From IMG/VR virus record IMGVR_UViG_3300029825_000007, positions 1 through 64,000 of that record: DNA of 64,000 bases; one strand, given 5' to 3'. The notes beneath the pieces were generated by a model, which searched no databases, was not told where the DNA came from, and saw nothing but the letters and a program-made list of their open reading frames with translations. The stretch's first letter is position 1. Every line of letters begins with the position of its first letter. Made by a program: the position numbers and the translations under genes. The stretch is from a virus. Shown in pieces: positions 50,862 to 60,774 of the stretch.

Positions 50862-51065
50862 CTAATACATACTTTTCCAAGCTACAACTTCACCATCTTT
50901 ATACTCTTTACTTTCAGGATTTCTCCAACAATAACTTCGATAGTCATAATATCCAATACCAGTAGTGCCATCAGTGAACTTTACATATACATCTTCGGTC
51001 AGATTCTTGTAAGGTGGCACGATCTACGGTGTATCTTCTTCTACGGGTACCCATTCATCTTTCAT
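50862..51065 (-). pseudogene. DUF551-like gene interrupted by one in-frame TAG (codon 14 of 67)
   Basis: ATG at 51065; MKDEWVPVEEDTP-TAG-IVPPYKN...GEVVAWKSMY; TAG at 51024-51026. Confidence 0.55.
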
Positions 51066-51073
51066 ACACCCTC

Positions 51074-51409
51074 CTATTCTGCCTTGCACGGTTCCGGCAG
51101 TGGCATCCAGGCAACAACCTCTCCGCTGTCTGCCCATAAGCAAAAACCCTCACCCCTGGTGTAATCCGTAGTAGCCACAAACTCATCATCCATGCAAACC
51201 AATACATATGCATATCCATCTTCGTCAAGTTTAGGCAACTGTTCATCTACCGGAATCCAACCGGTAAGCATCTTGCCGTCCGTGATTTCATCTGGGGTAA
51301 GTCCGGTATCTTCGTAGGCTGCCAGTCTATCGATTGCTTGCCACTCATGCACCCCGGTATTTAATTTATATCCAGCCTCATATCTGGCTTTATGTGTTAA
51401 TCTCTCCAT
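51074..51409 (-). CDS. DUF551-like protein
   Basis: LAAYEDTGLTPDEI, then WIPVDEQLP...VVAWMPLPEP. Confidence 0.55.
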   Translation of the reverse strand: MERLTHKARYEAGYKLNTGVHEWQAIDRLAAYEDTGLTPDEITDGKMLTGWIPVDEQLPKLDEDGYAYVLVCMDDEFVATTDYTRGEGFCLWADSGEVVAWMPLPEPCKAE

Positions 51410-51886
51410 CTATTTTCCCTCCTTTTCTTCCCATGCTTTATAAAACTCACTGCCTTTAATTTCTTCAAACATTTTAGGATTGTTAAAATCATATTGACTT
51501 TGAAAACTGGCATATAAAACATTATTTGACATAAATAATCGTGAGCTTGTTCTTCCAAATAGATTAAATTCAAAATCAATATGTGGCCTTTTTGGAGTTG
51601 TTATTCCCCTTTCCTTGCACCATAAAACCCATTTCTTTGACGTTTTAGAATTAAGCTTAAAATTTCCTTTATCGTTCTTTTTAAACTCATTTCCAAACTT
51701 TTTGCAATCATTATCTGTAGGAACGATAGTCAAACTGTCGCTTGCTAAATATATTTCTGTAGCTTCTATCCCTTCCTCTTTCGCAAATTCCTTAAACGAA
51801 TCGCACATTTTGTGTATCATATCTTGATAAACTAAATAATCTTTATAATATCGGCATTCATTTGGTATGATATAAAACTTTTCCAT
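51410..51886 (-). CDS. Hypothetical protein
   Basis: 158-aa ORF. Confidence 0.4.
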   Translation of the reverse strand: MEKFYIIPNECRYYKDYLVYQDMIHKMCDSFKEFAKEEGIEATEIYLASDSLTIVPTDNDCKKFGNEFKKNDKGNFKLNSKTSKKWVLWCKERGITTPKRPHIDFEFNLFGRTSSRLFMSNNVLYASFQSQYDFNNPKMFEEIKGSEFYKAWEEKEGK

Positions 51887-51905
51887 TTATTTCTCCTCCT
51901 CTTGT

Positions 51906-52544
51906 TTAAAATTCCGGTAACTTTCCGTAATCATCAAGTTCTTTGTATTTCTTTATGTACCAGTCAGATTTCTTCTGGTCTTCTTCCGCACTTCCTTTAC
52001 TTCCGGCTCTGTACCTGTACTTCCATGCGCACAGTTTACAAAAGGCTTTTGTTTCATCCACACCGAATAGGGCAATCATTTCATCTATGCATTCCATTTC
52101 GTGGCACATATAGTGGTTTGGATGATTAACCGCATCTTCAGTATTTCTCTCTGAATTAGAACAGTTTTCGCATGGTTGGAGTAAGGATTCTTCAACTTCT
52201 TTTCGTAATCCAGAAATATTTATTGTATAAGTTGCTATACACTTATCAGGATGTTCAAAAGTTTGCAGAGCTATAGTATTTACCTTTTCAACGAACCCAT
52301 AAGACACGGTTCCATCTGGAAAATTAACTCTAACTGCATCATTTTCCTTGAACTTTGGTTCAAATTCTTCATTTTCTTCATTCCATGGTTCTATCGCACT
52401 TTCCGAGTAGTATTCACACCTACCACCTTTAGCACTATTAAATATCACCTTATATGGGAATACATCATCAAAATCTATGTTTGTTATGATTCCCATTTGG
52501 CCAGAATCATAAGTTTTTACTTTATCTCCAAAATTATAAATCAT
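51906..52544 (-). CDS. DUF3310-like protein with an N-terminal extension
   Basis: NHPNHY...ECIDEM...FCKLCAWKYRYRAGSKG. Confidence 0.5.
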   Translation of the reverse strand: MIYNFGDKVKTYDSGQMGIITNIDFDDVFPYKVIFNSAKGGRCEYYSESAIEPWNEENEEFEPKFKENDAVRVNFPDGTVSYGFVEKVNTIALQTFEHPDKCIATYTINISGLRKEVEESLLQPCENCSNSERNTEDAVNHPNHYMCHEMECIDEMIALFGVDETKAFCKLCAWKYRYRAGSKGSAEEDQKKSDWYIKKYKELDDYGKLPEF

Positions 52545-52928
52545 TTATCCCTCTTTCTGCCCCCTGCGGGGTCTTATATCATGTATATAGTTTAAACGTC
52601 TCACACTGTTTACACGTAGGCCTGTTTGATCTGCTATTTCCCGGTAACTTAGTTTACTGTTTCCCAACAGTTTGATTGTTTTATTTGTCTGATCTTTGTC
52701 GTAATTAACCTTATAGCGGCTCAAATACTCTGCTTTGCTATCAAGTTCTTTTAGCTTTTCAATAAAAAGTTCCGGGTCTATATCTTCTGATATGAGAAGT
52801 CCAAACCATTTTGACCGGATGAACTTCTCTATCTCTTCTTTGTCTTTATTTTTACAGGCAGCCTTATAATCCTTGACAGTCTGAATAATAATTGCTATGC
52901 GTAATTCGTTAATACCATCAGGATTCAT
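52545..52928 (-). CDS. DNA-binding protein (C-terminal HTH)
   Basis: SYREIADQTGLRVNSVRRL. Confidence 0.45.
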   Translation of the reverse strand: MNPDGINELRIAIIIQTVKDYKAACKNKDKEEIEKFIRSKWFGLLISEDIDPELFIEKLKELDSKAEYLSRYKVNYDKDQTNKTIKLLGNSKLSYREIADQTGLRVNSVRRLNYIHDIRPRRGQKEG

Positions 52929-52942
52929 TGAAAATCACCGCC

Positions 52943-53350
52943 TTAATTAAATGGGAGTTCCTCATCAATAGAATCTGGAATATTCGCAAAATCTTCTTTG
53001 TTGCTGTTATTCGCTGCTTCTGACTGGCTTTTCTTACTCTCAACAAATTCATGGTGATCTACAACAACATCTGTTGTGTACACCTTTACACCGTCTTTGT
53101 TGGTATAAGAACCAGTTTGGATGTGCCCGGTGACTGCGATCTTCATTCCTTGATGCAAATATTTTTCGGCAAACTCTCCATTCTTTCCAAAAGTAATGCA
53201 ATTTATAAAATCAGCATTCTGTCCGTCTTTGGTCTTAAAGGACCTGTCAACTGCCAATGCGTACTTTGCAATTGCTGTCGGATTTTCTCCCTGTGAGTAA
53301 TAGACGCTAGGGTCTCTCGAAAGTCTACCTATTAAAACCACATTATTCAT
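52943..53350 (-). CDS. ssb: Single-stranded DNA-binding protein
   Basis: MNNVVLIGRLSRDP... OB fold; acidic tail DEELPF. Confidence 0.85.
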   Translation of the reverse strand: MNNVVLIGRLSRDPSVYYSQGENPTAIAKYALAVDRSFKTKDGQNADFINCITFGKNGEFAEKYLHQGMKIAVTGHIQTGSYTNKDGVKVYTTDVVVDHHEFVESKKSQSEAANNSNKEDFANIPDSIDEELPFN

Positions 53351-53363
53351 AATGTTTTTCTCC

Positions 53364-54095
53364 TTATCCAAATACTGGCTTATCCAGTTTAATTTCAAGT
53401 CCCGGTTCTGCAATTCTTGCTTGAAAATTACCAGGTAACTTGTTTAATGTCTCTATATAACTTTCCGGGTCGCTGTAACTCCCCAGATGCACTAAAATCA
53501 CGTTTTGCAGATCTGATGATACATTATCCTTAATTACATCAAGTGTTGTCTCAAAAGCGCAATGGCCTTGTATCTTATGCTTGTAATTTGCCATACTATC
53601 ATCTATCAATGACTTGCTGTAATTTGATTCAATCAAAATATGATTAAGATCAAATCCTGTCAGATCATATCCTATGTATTCCATGTCTGTTGAAAATAGA
53701 AGATTCCCCATTTCCCGGTGATGGATGATATATCCACAATTAGGAACGCTATGTGGTACTTTAAACGGTATCACCTGAAAACTGCCTATATGCTTAGGCT
53801 TTAAATCATCCAATCCTATCACATGCACACCATTGATCTGCTTAATATTCTTAGCCTGTTCATGACCGGAATAGCACTTGATACCTCGTTTACGATACTG
53901 TTTGATATATTTGCAATGGTCACTTTAACCATGCTCATGAGATATCAGGCATCCTATTACCTTTGATGGTTCAAAGTCTATAGCCTTATTGACTGCTGTA
54001 AAAGGTACTCCTGCTTCCAATAACAATGTTTCATTCTCTGCTATCAACGCATATCCGTTACCCTTACTACTTGAACCAATACATCTTAAGAACAT
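53364..54095 (-). pseudogene. Metallo-beta-lactamase-fold nuclease interrupted by an in-frame TAA inside the HxHxDH motif
   Basis: ATG at 54095; ...LISHEHG-TAA-SDHCKY...; TAA at 53925-53927; removing 6 nt (TAAAGT) restores HEHGDH. Confidence 0.6.
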
Positions 54096-54099
54096 ATAA

Positions 54100-54522
54100 T
54101 CACCCTCTTTCTTCTAACAATTCTTGTTTTTTCATGCGCCTATATTCATTCTGCTTTTTCCTAATTTCTTCTCTGTGTCTATAATAATATCGTTTATTAG
54201 CTTCTCTCGTTGCTTCTGTAGTATTTGCTCTCCTATTCCTTTCCTTATATTTATCTGTTCCTTTAAATCTTTCTTGAGTTGCTATACCTTTCTCAGATTT
54301 CCTATATCTAAGTAATACTTTTTTGCCTTTTTCTGAACGTTCATATTCTCTTTGCTTTATTTTTCGATGCATAGTTCTATTATCAAGTCCATCTATAGTT
54401 GCAAAATCTTCAATTTTTCTTGTTTGTTCCCGTTCTCCGGGGAATGTACCCCCGGCATAGCAATCGCCAAGAGGGCAATTAAAACAGTCTGGATAGCAGC
54501 ACCCCTCTGGAACATAACTCAC
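54100..54522 (-). CDS. Basic Cys-rich protein
   Basis: N-terminal Cys cluster, K/R-rich remainder. Confidence 0.4.
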   Translation of the reverse strand: MSYVPEGCCYPDCFNCPLGDCYAGGTFPGEREQTRKIEDFATIDGLDNRTMHRKIKQREYERSEKGKKVLLRYRKSEKGIATQERFKGTDKYKERNRRANTTEATREANKRYYYRHREEIRKKQNEYRRMKKQELLEERG

Positions 54523-55463
54523 TTTCCATCATCCTCACTTTCCGTCTTATCAAAATCAAATACATTATCTGGCTCTTCAACCTCAACATCTTCATCTGAT
54601 ACTTTCTCTGGTGCGTTATCTTCGGGTTCATCAAACACGCTGTTATCAATAGGCATCTTCTCTTTATTTGCTTTATCCTCAATTTCGACTTGCTGATCTG
54701 CCAGTATAATGTCCTCTGGCTCTTTCATATCCTCTTTTTCATCCATATAGGCGATCATGCTGTCACCGTATGTGTTATTAATAAATTTCAGCAAACGATT
54801 CTTTACGGTCTTTTCTGCCATCTGGTCTGCAAATTTTTGGTGAGCACCGTCACCTTTTTCTTTGTATCCATATCCTTGTTTCCATGCCTGTTTAATCTGG
54901 CTGATATTCATAACTTCGGCGATTTTCTCACCATCACTCATAATAGCCACTGCATAAGCCCCAATAATGCGGTTATTATCAATGTTTTGAAAATCCTGTG
55001 TATGTTCATCAATAACGGTCATTCCATCCTCTTTATGGTATTTAAACGTATCCCCGTCATAGATCACACTGGCATTTATTTTCTTCATTCCGTATCTTCT
55101 GGAAATTGCAGTGTTCCCAAAATAAGATTTCTGGAATTCACACCGGGTACCGTATGCGATAAAATATCCTTGTTTCTTCTGGACAGATAAGCCATATGTA
55201 GCCATATCCATGATGGAGTTCGCAATACTCGATTGTGAGCACTTTTGCAAGATGGATTTTCCGTCTTTCCCCGGTTCCTTGAGTGCAAGATAAGCACCTG
55301 TCAGAGCGTTTGTTACATTGTAATCTGGTGGAAATGTAAGTCCGATCTGTTCTTTCTGCTTTAACTGATTGGCAAGGCCATCAATAAAAGCATTATTTAC
55401 AATTAATTGTGCATCCTGATTTCCTTTATCCTGTGTAGCCTGTGTTTTCTTTGCTGTTGCCAT
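54519..55463 (-). CDS. recT: RecT-family single-strand annealing protein
   Basis: 314 aa; SIANSIMDMATYGLS...GYFIAYG...; position beside the ATPase and SSB. Confidence 0.7.
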   Translation of the reverse strand: MATAKKTQATQDKGNQDAQLIVNNAFIDGLANQLKQKEQIGLTFPPDYNVTNALTGAYLALKEPGKDGKSILQKCSQSSIANSIMDMATYGLSVQKKQGYFIAYGTRCEFQKSYFGNTAISRRYGMKKINASVIYDGDTFKYHKEDGMTVIDEHTQDFQNIDNNRIIGAYAVAIMSDGEKIAEVMNISQIKQAWKQGYGYKEKGDGAHQKFADQMAEKTVKNRLLKFINNTYGDSMIAYMDEKEDMKEPEDIILADQQVEIEDKANKEKMPIDNSVFDEPEDNAPEKVSDEDVEVEEPDNVFDFDKTESEDDGK

Positions 55464-55465
55464 AA

Positions 55466-57400
55466 TTATTTAACCTCCAATTTATGTTCATCACTTCTTG
55501 ACATAGTTATCAATTGTTGTTCCATATCCGGTATGCGGTCCGCATCAACCTCTGATGCTTCATCTAAGAATATAGGAAGATTCAGTTCGTTTACTTTCTG
55601 GAATCCTCTTGCAATGTCAATTTCAGCCAATTTCTTATCTCCGACATTCAAAGTCTGATAGTAATTTACACCATCAACTTCAATCTGACAGCAATCTTCA
55701 ACACCTCCATTGATAAGCGGCCTGCTGAATCTGAACTTCACGATATCAAAGTTTGTATTTACAAGTTCGGATAATTTCCGGTTCTTCTCTACTCCAAACT
55801 TCTCCACCAGATTGATCTGCTTTTCAATATCGGCTTCTTTCTGAGATACATCTGTAAGCTCTGTTTCGAGTTCTGCAATCCTTGCAGCTCTCTGTGTTTC
55901 ATCAGCTTTTATTTTATTTTTCTTTGCTCTCCAGTCAGATAATTCATCCAACAATTCAGCTTTCTTTTTGTTTAATTCATCCCGGTTATCATCAGGCGTA
56001 GTTTCTGATTCAAGTGCTTTATTTTTAGCATCAAGTTCATTACAGATTCTTTCATAGTCCTGATTATGGGATAAATCAGGCTCTTCTTTCAGCTCTGCAA
56101 TCCGTTTTTCTAGCTCTTCAATTTTCTGTTTGGCAGTATCAATTTTTAGATTATGCTCTTTGGTCTCTTCTACTAGATTGTCTAAATCGGATGTAATCTG
56201 CTTCATGGACTTCTTAAGGTCAATACCTTTTGATTCCAGATCAGAAGTATGTCTTAATTGCTCCCTTTCAAAGTTGCTTTTCAGTTCTGCAACCTTTTCT
56301 TCTTGCTTTTCTTCTGGCAACTGACTTCCACATAGCGGGCATTTAAAATCTTTGTCCGGTTCTTCGAAAGACTTTGCTTTCTCCGCTTTCCATTCTTCTT
56401 GCATACTATTGAAATCAGCTTTGTACTTTTTATGTAAATTCTGTTTCTGAACTATAATATTTTCATTCAGTTTTATCTGAGATTCAGCGTCTTTTATAGT
56501 ATCTTTTGATCTGTTTAACTCTCTTTCTAAATTTCTCCTTTTATATAGAAGGGAATCTGTAGCATCCTGTTCAATGCCTGATTTTTGCGTTTTAAGAGAC
56601 ATTAACTCTCTTCTGGTTCTGTCTACCACTTCCATAGATTTTTCAGTTGTAGACAGCTTAGAATCAGTCTCATCAATGCTTTTTTGTAGTTCTTCAATAG
56701 CATTGTCAATTTCTTCTATGCCTGTAGTTTCGCCTGATGTTTTGCTAACTTCATCAATTCTTACTGGAATCTCTTTTAATTTTTTATCAAGAGACAGTCT
56801 GTCTCTTTTTAATTTTTTCAAAGTTTCTTCAACTGTATGTCCCATCATGATATCCGAAACACCGTTAAATTCTTCACTGGCAAACTCTTCTGCATCAAAT
56901 CCGAACAACTCTTCAAGCGTGTTTCTCTGGTCCGCAGGTGCAAGTGTTAAAAACTTCTGTGGATTGCTACAAAATAGAAACGTATCTGTCGGACAAAAAT
57001 TACTTAAAAACTCTTCATATGCATTTGGTTTATAAGGAAAACCGTCAATCTCAAATTCATTGATATTCCCTTCGAATTTCTTATCTGTACCACCTCTATG
57101 TTTCACCCACTTCTGTTTCTGTGTCTTTTTAATAACATGCTGCTTACCATCCATAAGGACAGTAAAAGTAGCTATAATATCCACAAAATCAACTGTTTTT
57201 CCGCTTTTCAGCGGTCTTACATTGTCTGCCTGTCTGCCATCCGGCGTAGTGTTGAAAAACACCCAATAAAACGCATTCATAATCGTAGACTTGCCAACTC
57301 GGTTCCTACCTCTTAAGTCTGTTTTATGTGTAAAATCAACATGCTGTTTCTCAAATTTCATAAAATTCTCTAAATCTAATTCTTTCAATTCTAATGTCTT
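55466..57400 (-). CDS. Rad50/SbcC-like AAA ATPase with zinc hook
   Basis: GRNRVGKST Walker A; long coiled coils; CPLCG hook; start set at MKTLELK. Confidence 0.7.
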   Translation of the reverse strand, partial: KTLELKELDLENFMKFEKQHVDFTHKTDLRGRNRVGKSTIMNAFYWVFFNTTPDGRQADNVRPLKSGKTVDFVDIIATFTVLMDGKQHVIKKTQKQKWVKHRGGTDKKFEGNINEFEIDGFPYKPNAYEEFLSNFCPTDTFLFCSNPQKFLTLAPADQRNTLEELFGFDAEEFASEEFNGVSDIMMGHTVEETLKKLKRDRLSLDKKLKEIPVRIDEVSKTSGETTGIEEIDNAIEELQKSIDETDSKLSTTEKSMEVVDRTRRELMSLKTQKSGIEQDATDSLLYKRRNLERELNRSKDTIKDAESQIKLNENIIVQKQNLHKKYKADFNSMQEEWKAEKAKSFEEPDKDFKCPLCGSQLPEEKQEEKVAELKSNFEREQLRHTSDLESKGIDLKKSMKQITSDLDNLVEETKEHNLKIDTAKQKIEELEKRIAELKEEPDLSHNQDYERICNELDAKNKALESETTPDDNRDELNKKKAELLDELSDWRAKKNKIKADETQRAARIAELETELTDVSQKEADIEKQINLVEKFGVEKNRKLSELVNTNFDIVKFRFSRPLINGGVEDCCQIEVDGVNYYQTLNVGDKKLAEIDIARGFQKVNELNLPIFLDEASEVDADRIPDMEQQLITMSRSDEHKLEVK

Positions 57401-57413
57401 CATATCAGTTCTC

Positions 57414-57962
57414 CTATTCTTCAATGTTATATACTGCAAGTTCCTTTGTTGTGTGACATTTTCCGTCTTTGAAAAAATCACGGCTCTGTAGCCGTCCATG
57501 TACGGTAACCTCATCACCTTTTTTATATTTCTTTGAATAACTTGCTGTTGTTCCAAAGAAGATTATCGGAACATATGCAAAACGTTCATTCACCTTGTAC
57601 TTAAGAGTGGCAGAGGAAACTTTCTTTCCGGTCTTTGTAACCTTGTAATATACAGGATTGCAAAATGTGCCAGTAATACCGATATTGTTTATATCAACAG
57701 AATTGCTGTCGATCTTTGTGATCTTTTCTGCTACAATATAACTTTCCAGAATATCTGATATACGGGAATTTAATGTGCCTGTTATGTATAGCTTTTCAGA
57801 ACTCGAAATAACATCTTTTGCTTTTGCAATTACGGTTACGAGATCTTCTGTGCCGCTCTTCCTTTTTGTAGCAACTACAAGTTCGTAGTAATGTTCTCCT
57901 TTTAAATTTATTTGTTCACCACAGATGTCTAGCACACTGCAGACTATTGTTGCTTTATTCAT
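57414..57962 (-). CDS. Hypothetical protein (possible OB fold)
   Basis: 182-aa ORF in the recombination module. Confidence 0.35.
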   Translation of the reverse strand: MNKATIVCSVLDICGEQINLKGEHYYELVVATKRKSGTEDLVTVIAKAKDVISSSEKLYITGTLNSRISDILESYIVAEKITKIDSNSVDINNIGITGTFCNPVYYKVTKTGKKVSSATLKYKVNERFAYVPIIFFGTTASYSKKYKKGDEVTVHGRLQSRDFFKDGKCHTTKELAVYNIEE

Positions 57963-58234
57963 TTTCTATCCCCCCCTAGTTTGATATATTTGATAAAATT
58001 TTCTGTCAATTTCTGACTTTCTTTTGACGAATTTTTATCCATTTCATTCGCAACTATTAACATAATTGCAATTACTAATGGATAATCTACAGCTGGCATA
58101 CGTAAAATCTCTTTTGAAAACTCAGCCATATAGTGAGCCATTGCATCTGATATAACTTCCCCGGCTTTATCATGATTGCCCTCCATTATGTGGGCGGTTG
58201 CTTTATTCAAATATCCTATGGGTATAAAATCCAT
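57959..58234 (-). CDS. Hypothetical protein
   Basis: 91-aa ORF. Confidence 0.4.
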   Translation of the reverse strand: MDFIPIGYLNKATAHIMEGNHDKAGEVISDAMAHYMAEFSKEILRMPAVDYPLVIAIMLIVANEMDKNSSKESQKLTENFIKYIKLGGDRK

Positions 58235-58253
58235 TTGAATTCATCTCCTTTTC

Positions 58254-58412
58254 TTACTTTTCTGTTGAGCCTTTGGGCTTGTCTGTAAATCCTATTTCCT
58301 TAAGTGCATTTCCAATGGCGATATGCCATTCTTTTTCACGATACTTAGGTATCTGATATACCTGATCGCTGATTGTCTGTAATATTACTGCAATCATTTC
58401 ATCACGGTTCAT
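58254..58412 (-). CDS. Hypothetical small protein
   Basis: Start set at MNRDEM. Confidence 0.35.
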   Translation of the reverse strand: MNRDEMIAVILQTISDQVYQIPKYREKEWHIAIGNALKEIGFTDKPKGSTEK

Positions 58413-58413
58413 A

Positions 58414-58590
58414 TCACATCTCCCTTTTTCGCATCTCTTCAATAACTGCTAAGATACAGAAATAAAGAAAAACATAAAACATGACTACTATAAAAAACGC
58501 GTTCAGTATTTCGCATTGTCCGTACATAAGTCCGCAAAACAGAACTAATGCCAACATGCTACTTAATACTGCCGATTTTATATACATCAT
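58414..58590 (-). CDS. Small membrane protein (58 aa), absent from the ORF track
   Basis: GAGGGGGA RBS; two hydrophobic segments. Confidence 0.4.
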   Translation of the reverse strand: MMYIKSAVLSSMLALVLFCGLMYGQCEILNAFFIVVMFYVFLYFCILAVIEEMRKREM

Positions 58591-58612
58591 GACCGTATCC
58601 CCCTCTCATTAA

Positions 58613-59251
58613 TCAGCCTTTATATTCAATGAATTGTGCGTACATATTTTTATTAACCTCTTCTATAGTTTTGTAGCGATAACCCCAGCCATACGGTTTG
58701 CAATTATCGTCAACGAACATTCCATACCTTACTGTATATTTTTTCCCGACTGTAAAGCGTCCTAGGGTATCACTGACGCAGATCATATCTGTATTTAATA
58801 AAGAAGCTTTTTCTTTAGACTTCTTGTCCACATAAGCAGATACCTTATCTGTGATTTCATCAAAGTCGAAATCCGATAATAAATCAAATAAGTCTATACA
58901 CGTGCCAAACGTTTCTTTCATAGATTTATCATTTCCATAATTAACACGTATCCATTTCCATACTTCATTAGGTGTAAGAACTGGATATACATCTTCTAAC
59001 ATATTATCAGTCAGATAATATCCCATTTCTTCTATCTGATATAACCCATCATCAGGCAGAACTTTGTATATTCTAAATGTCTTTCCACAATAACTTTTCA
59101 TAGAGTTGATAAAATATGTTTTGCAATTTTTATTTACATCATTAGGAACAAGAATTTGTGATATACCTTCACAAATTTCCCTTGCTTCATATTGATCTGC
59201 CATATCATTCCATTTTCTAACCTTTACTAGATCGCCTACTTTATATCTCAT
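58613..59251 (-). CDS. Hypothetical protein
   Basis: Start set at MRYKVGD with GGGAGGAAG RBS. Confidence 0.4.
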   Translation of the reverse strand: MRYKVGDLVKVRKWNDMADQYEAREICEGISQILVPNDVNKNCKTYFINSMKSYCGKTFRIYKVLPDDGLYQIEEMGYYLTDNMLEDVYPVLTPNEVWKWIRVNYGNDKSMKETFGTCIDLFDLLSDFDFDEITDKVSAYVDKKSKEKASLLNTDMICVSDTLGRFTVGKKYTVRYGMFVDDNCKPYGWGYRYKTIEEVNKNMYAQFIEYKG

Positions 59252-60033
59252 AGTTTTACTTCCTCCCAACTTAACTGGCTATTTGTATTAAGAATCAAAT
59301 CTTTTAAATAGGTAGATGGTTCATATTTTTCTATGAACTCATGTGCTAATTCTAAGTACTTTCTCTGAATTGCCTTATAGCTGTTCAACCCATCTCCAAA
59401 CTCTCTTTTAAGCTGAATATAGGCATCTATAAATGCTTTCTGTCTAACAGACTTATCATTGTAGGCATTTGATTTCTTACCACCCAGCAGATTTACTACT
59501 TTCTTTTTTAAATGTTTCTGTAGTTCATCTGATTCACACGCATAAAGAGGAACATCAAACTCCAATCTATCCATACGCTTGTCCATTTCAACGGTGCGCT
59601 TATCCAATACAAATATTGCTTGCAGTTCCTTTGACATATCCGGAACTGTATATGTACCTGTCTTTCGGATCGTTGGTAGTACTTCTGATGTTACCCAGTG
59701 TTTGAATCGCTTTGCTGAATCAAGCTTGCTTCCGAATATTAAAGCGTATAAGCCGGATTCATTAATTACGGTAAACCCTCTATTTGGGATATCTGCGCTT
59801 ATAAAATTCACAGGGAAAACATCTTTAGGCATGTGATTTTCTATGGTCGCAATTTCCGACCTTTGAAGAATTCTCCTATCCTCTTCGGAAACATGGGTGA
59901 TTATCGCATCTTTCGTGTTTTTGTATCCCAGTGCTTCTGCAACGTCTTTCCCCACGAAAAAGACTTCATTATCAATAGTTACTGTTCTTACTTGTCCAAA
60001 TTCTGGACTATCAAAAATTTTCAAGCTGTTCAT
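59248..60033 (-). CDS. Antirepressor (BRO-N domain + C-terminal domain)
   Basis: FGQVRTVTIDNEVFFVGKDVAEALGY...HWVTSEVLPTIRKTG. Confidence 0.75.
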   Translation of the reverse strand: MNSLKIFDSPEFGQVRTVTIDNEVFFVGKDVAEALGYKNTKDAIITHVSEEDRRILQRSEIATIENHMPKDVFPVNFISADIPNRGFTVINESGLYALIFGSKLDSAKRFKHWVTSEVLPTIRKTGTYTVPDMSKELQAIFVLDKRTVEMDKRMDRLEFDVPLYACESDELQKHLKKKVVNLLGGKKSNAYNDKSVRQKAFIDAYIQLKREFGDGLNSYKAIQRKYLELAHEFIEKYEPSTYLKDLILNTNSQLSWEEVKL

Positions 60034-60074
60034 ATGTCCTCTCTTTCTATTCAATCAGTTCATCAAACGCAGCT

Positions 60075-60365
60075 TTATGAGGCATTAAATTCCTTTACCC
60101 ATACATCAGCAAATAATTTGAAAATCTCAAAACACCTTTCGGCATCTTGATATGTTAATATTAGGTTTGTTACGGTCATTTTACGGCTCACAATGTGTGA
60201 ATATAGTTCTCGTGTAGCTGTATCGCAAGCATGTTGCAAGCCCCAAAAGCTTTTATTATGCACCTTACAAACTTGGTTGTAATATTCTTCTGCCAACCTC
60301 TTATATACAATGTTTGGTGATAATCCACATTTTTCGCATTCACTTAATTCTATGGTTATTTTCAT
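60075..60365 (-). CDS. Hypothetical protein
   Basis: 96-aa ORF, second gene of the early operon. Confidence 0.4.
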   Translation of the reverse strand: MKITIELSECEKCGLSPNIVYKRLAEEYYNQVCKVHNKSFWGLQHACDTATRELYSHIVSRKMTVTNLILTYQDAERCFEIFKLFADVWVKEFNAS

Positions 60366-60373
60366 GCGCCCTC

Positions 60374-60571
60374 CTACATTAGCAATTCATCAACCGTGCA
60401 CTTTAAAATATCAGCAACTTTTTTTAAGCTCCTTGCAGACGGACTAACTGTGTTCCACTTACACATACTTCCTATTGCAATCTCCGCTTCTTTCTCTATG
60501 GAATTAATTGAAAGTCCCATTTTTTTAGCTTTGTGACAGATATTGTCATAGACTTTTACTTTGCCCACCAA
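60374..60571 (-). CDS. Cro-like XRE HTH protein (TTG/GTG start)
   Basis: KKMGLSINSIEKEAEIAIGSMCKW HTH; AAGGAGGTG RBS; first gene of the leftward operon. Confidence 0.65.
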   Translation of the reverse strand: MVGKVKVYDNICHKAKKMGLSINSIEKEAEIAIGSMCKWNTVSPSARSLKKVADILKCTVDELLM

Positions 60572-60598
60572 TAGACACCTCCTTTACTATTTATTAAC

Positions 60599-60612
60599 TC
60601 TGAATAAATCGC
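60599..60612 (-). promoter_or_regulatory. Operator copy O4 (tctgaataaatcgc, inverted)
   Basis: Reverse complement of the gcgatttattcaga motif. Confidence 0.5.
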
Positions 60613-60621
60613 TAAAAGTTG

Positions 60622-60650
60622 TTGACTATATGTAGAAAATATTATATAAT
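60622..60650 (+). promoter_or_regulatory. Rightward promoter (towards the cI-like gene)
   Basis: TTGACT 60622-60627, 17-nt spacer, TATAAT 60645-60650. Confidence 0.6.
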
Positions 60651-60709
60651 TTAGCTGTCGAACGAAATTACATAACTGTCAACTGGCATTTTTCTAATCG
60701 CTGTCCTTT

Positions 60710-60723
60710 GCGATTTATTCAGA
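60710..60723 (+). promoter_or_regulatory. Operator O1 gcgatttattcaga
   Basis: Member of the GCGATTnnTTCAGA repeat family. Confidence 0.5.
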
Positions 60724-60735
60724 GGACTTATCTTT

Positions 60736-60763
60736 ATTATACGCGATTAATTCAGAATGTCAA
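60736..60763 (-). promoter_or_regulatory. Leftward (lytic) promoter facing the rightward promoter
   Basis: Minus strand TTGACA (60758-60763), 16-nt spacer containing O2, TATAAT (60736-60741). Confidence 0.6.
60743..60756 (+). promoter_or_regulatory. Operator O2 gcgattaattcaga
   Basis: Lies in the spacer of the leftward promoter. Confidence 0.5.
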
Positions 60764-60774
60764 TAGTTTTCTTT

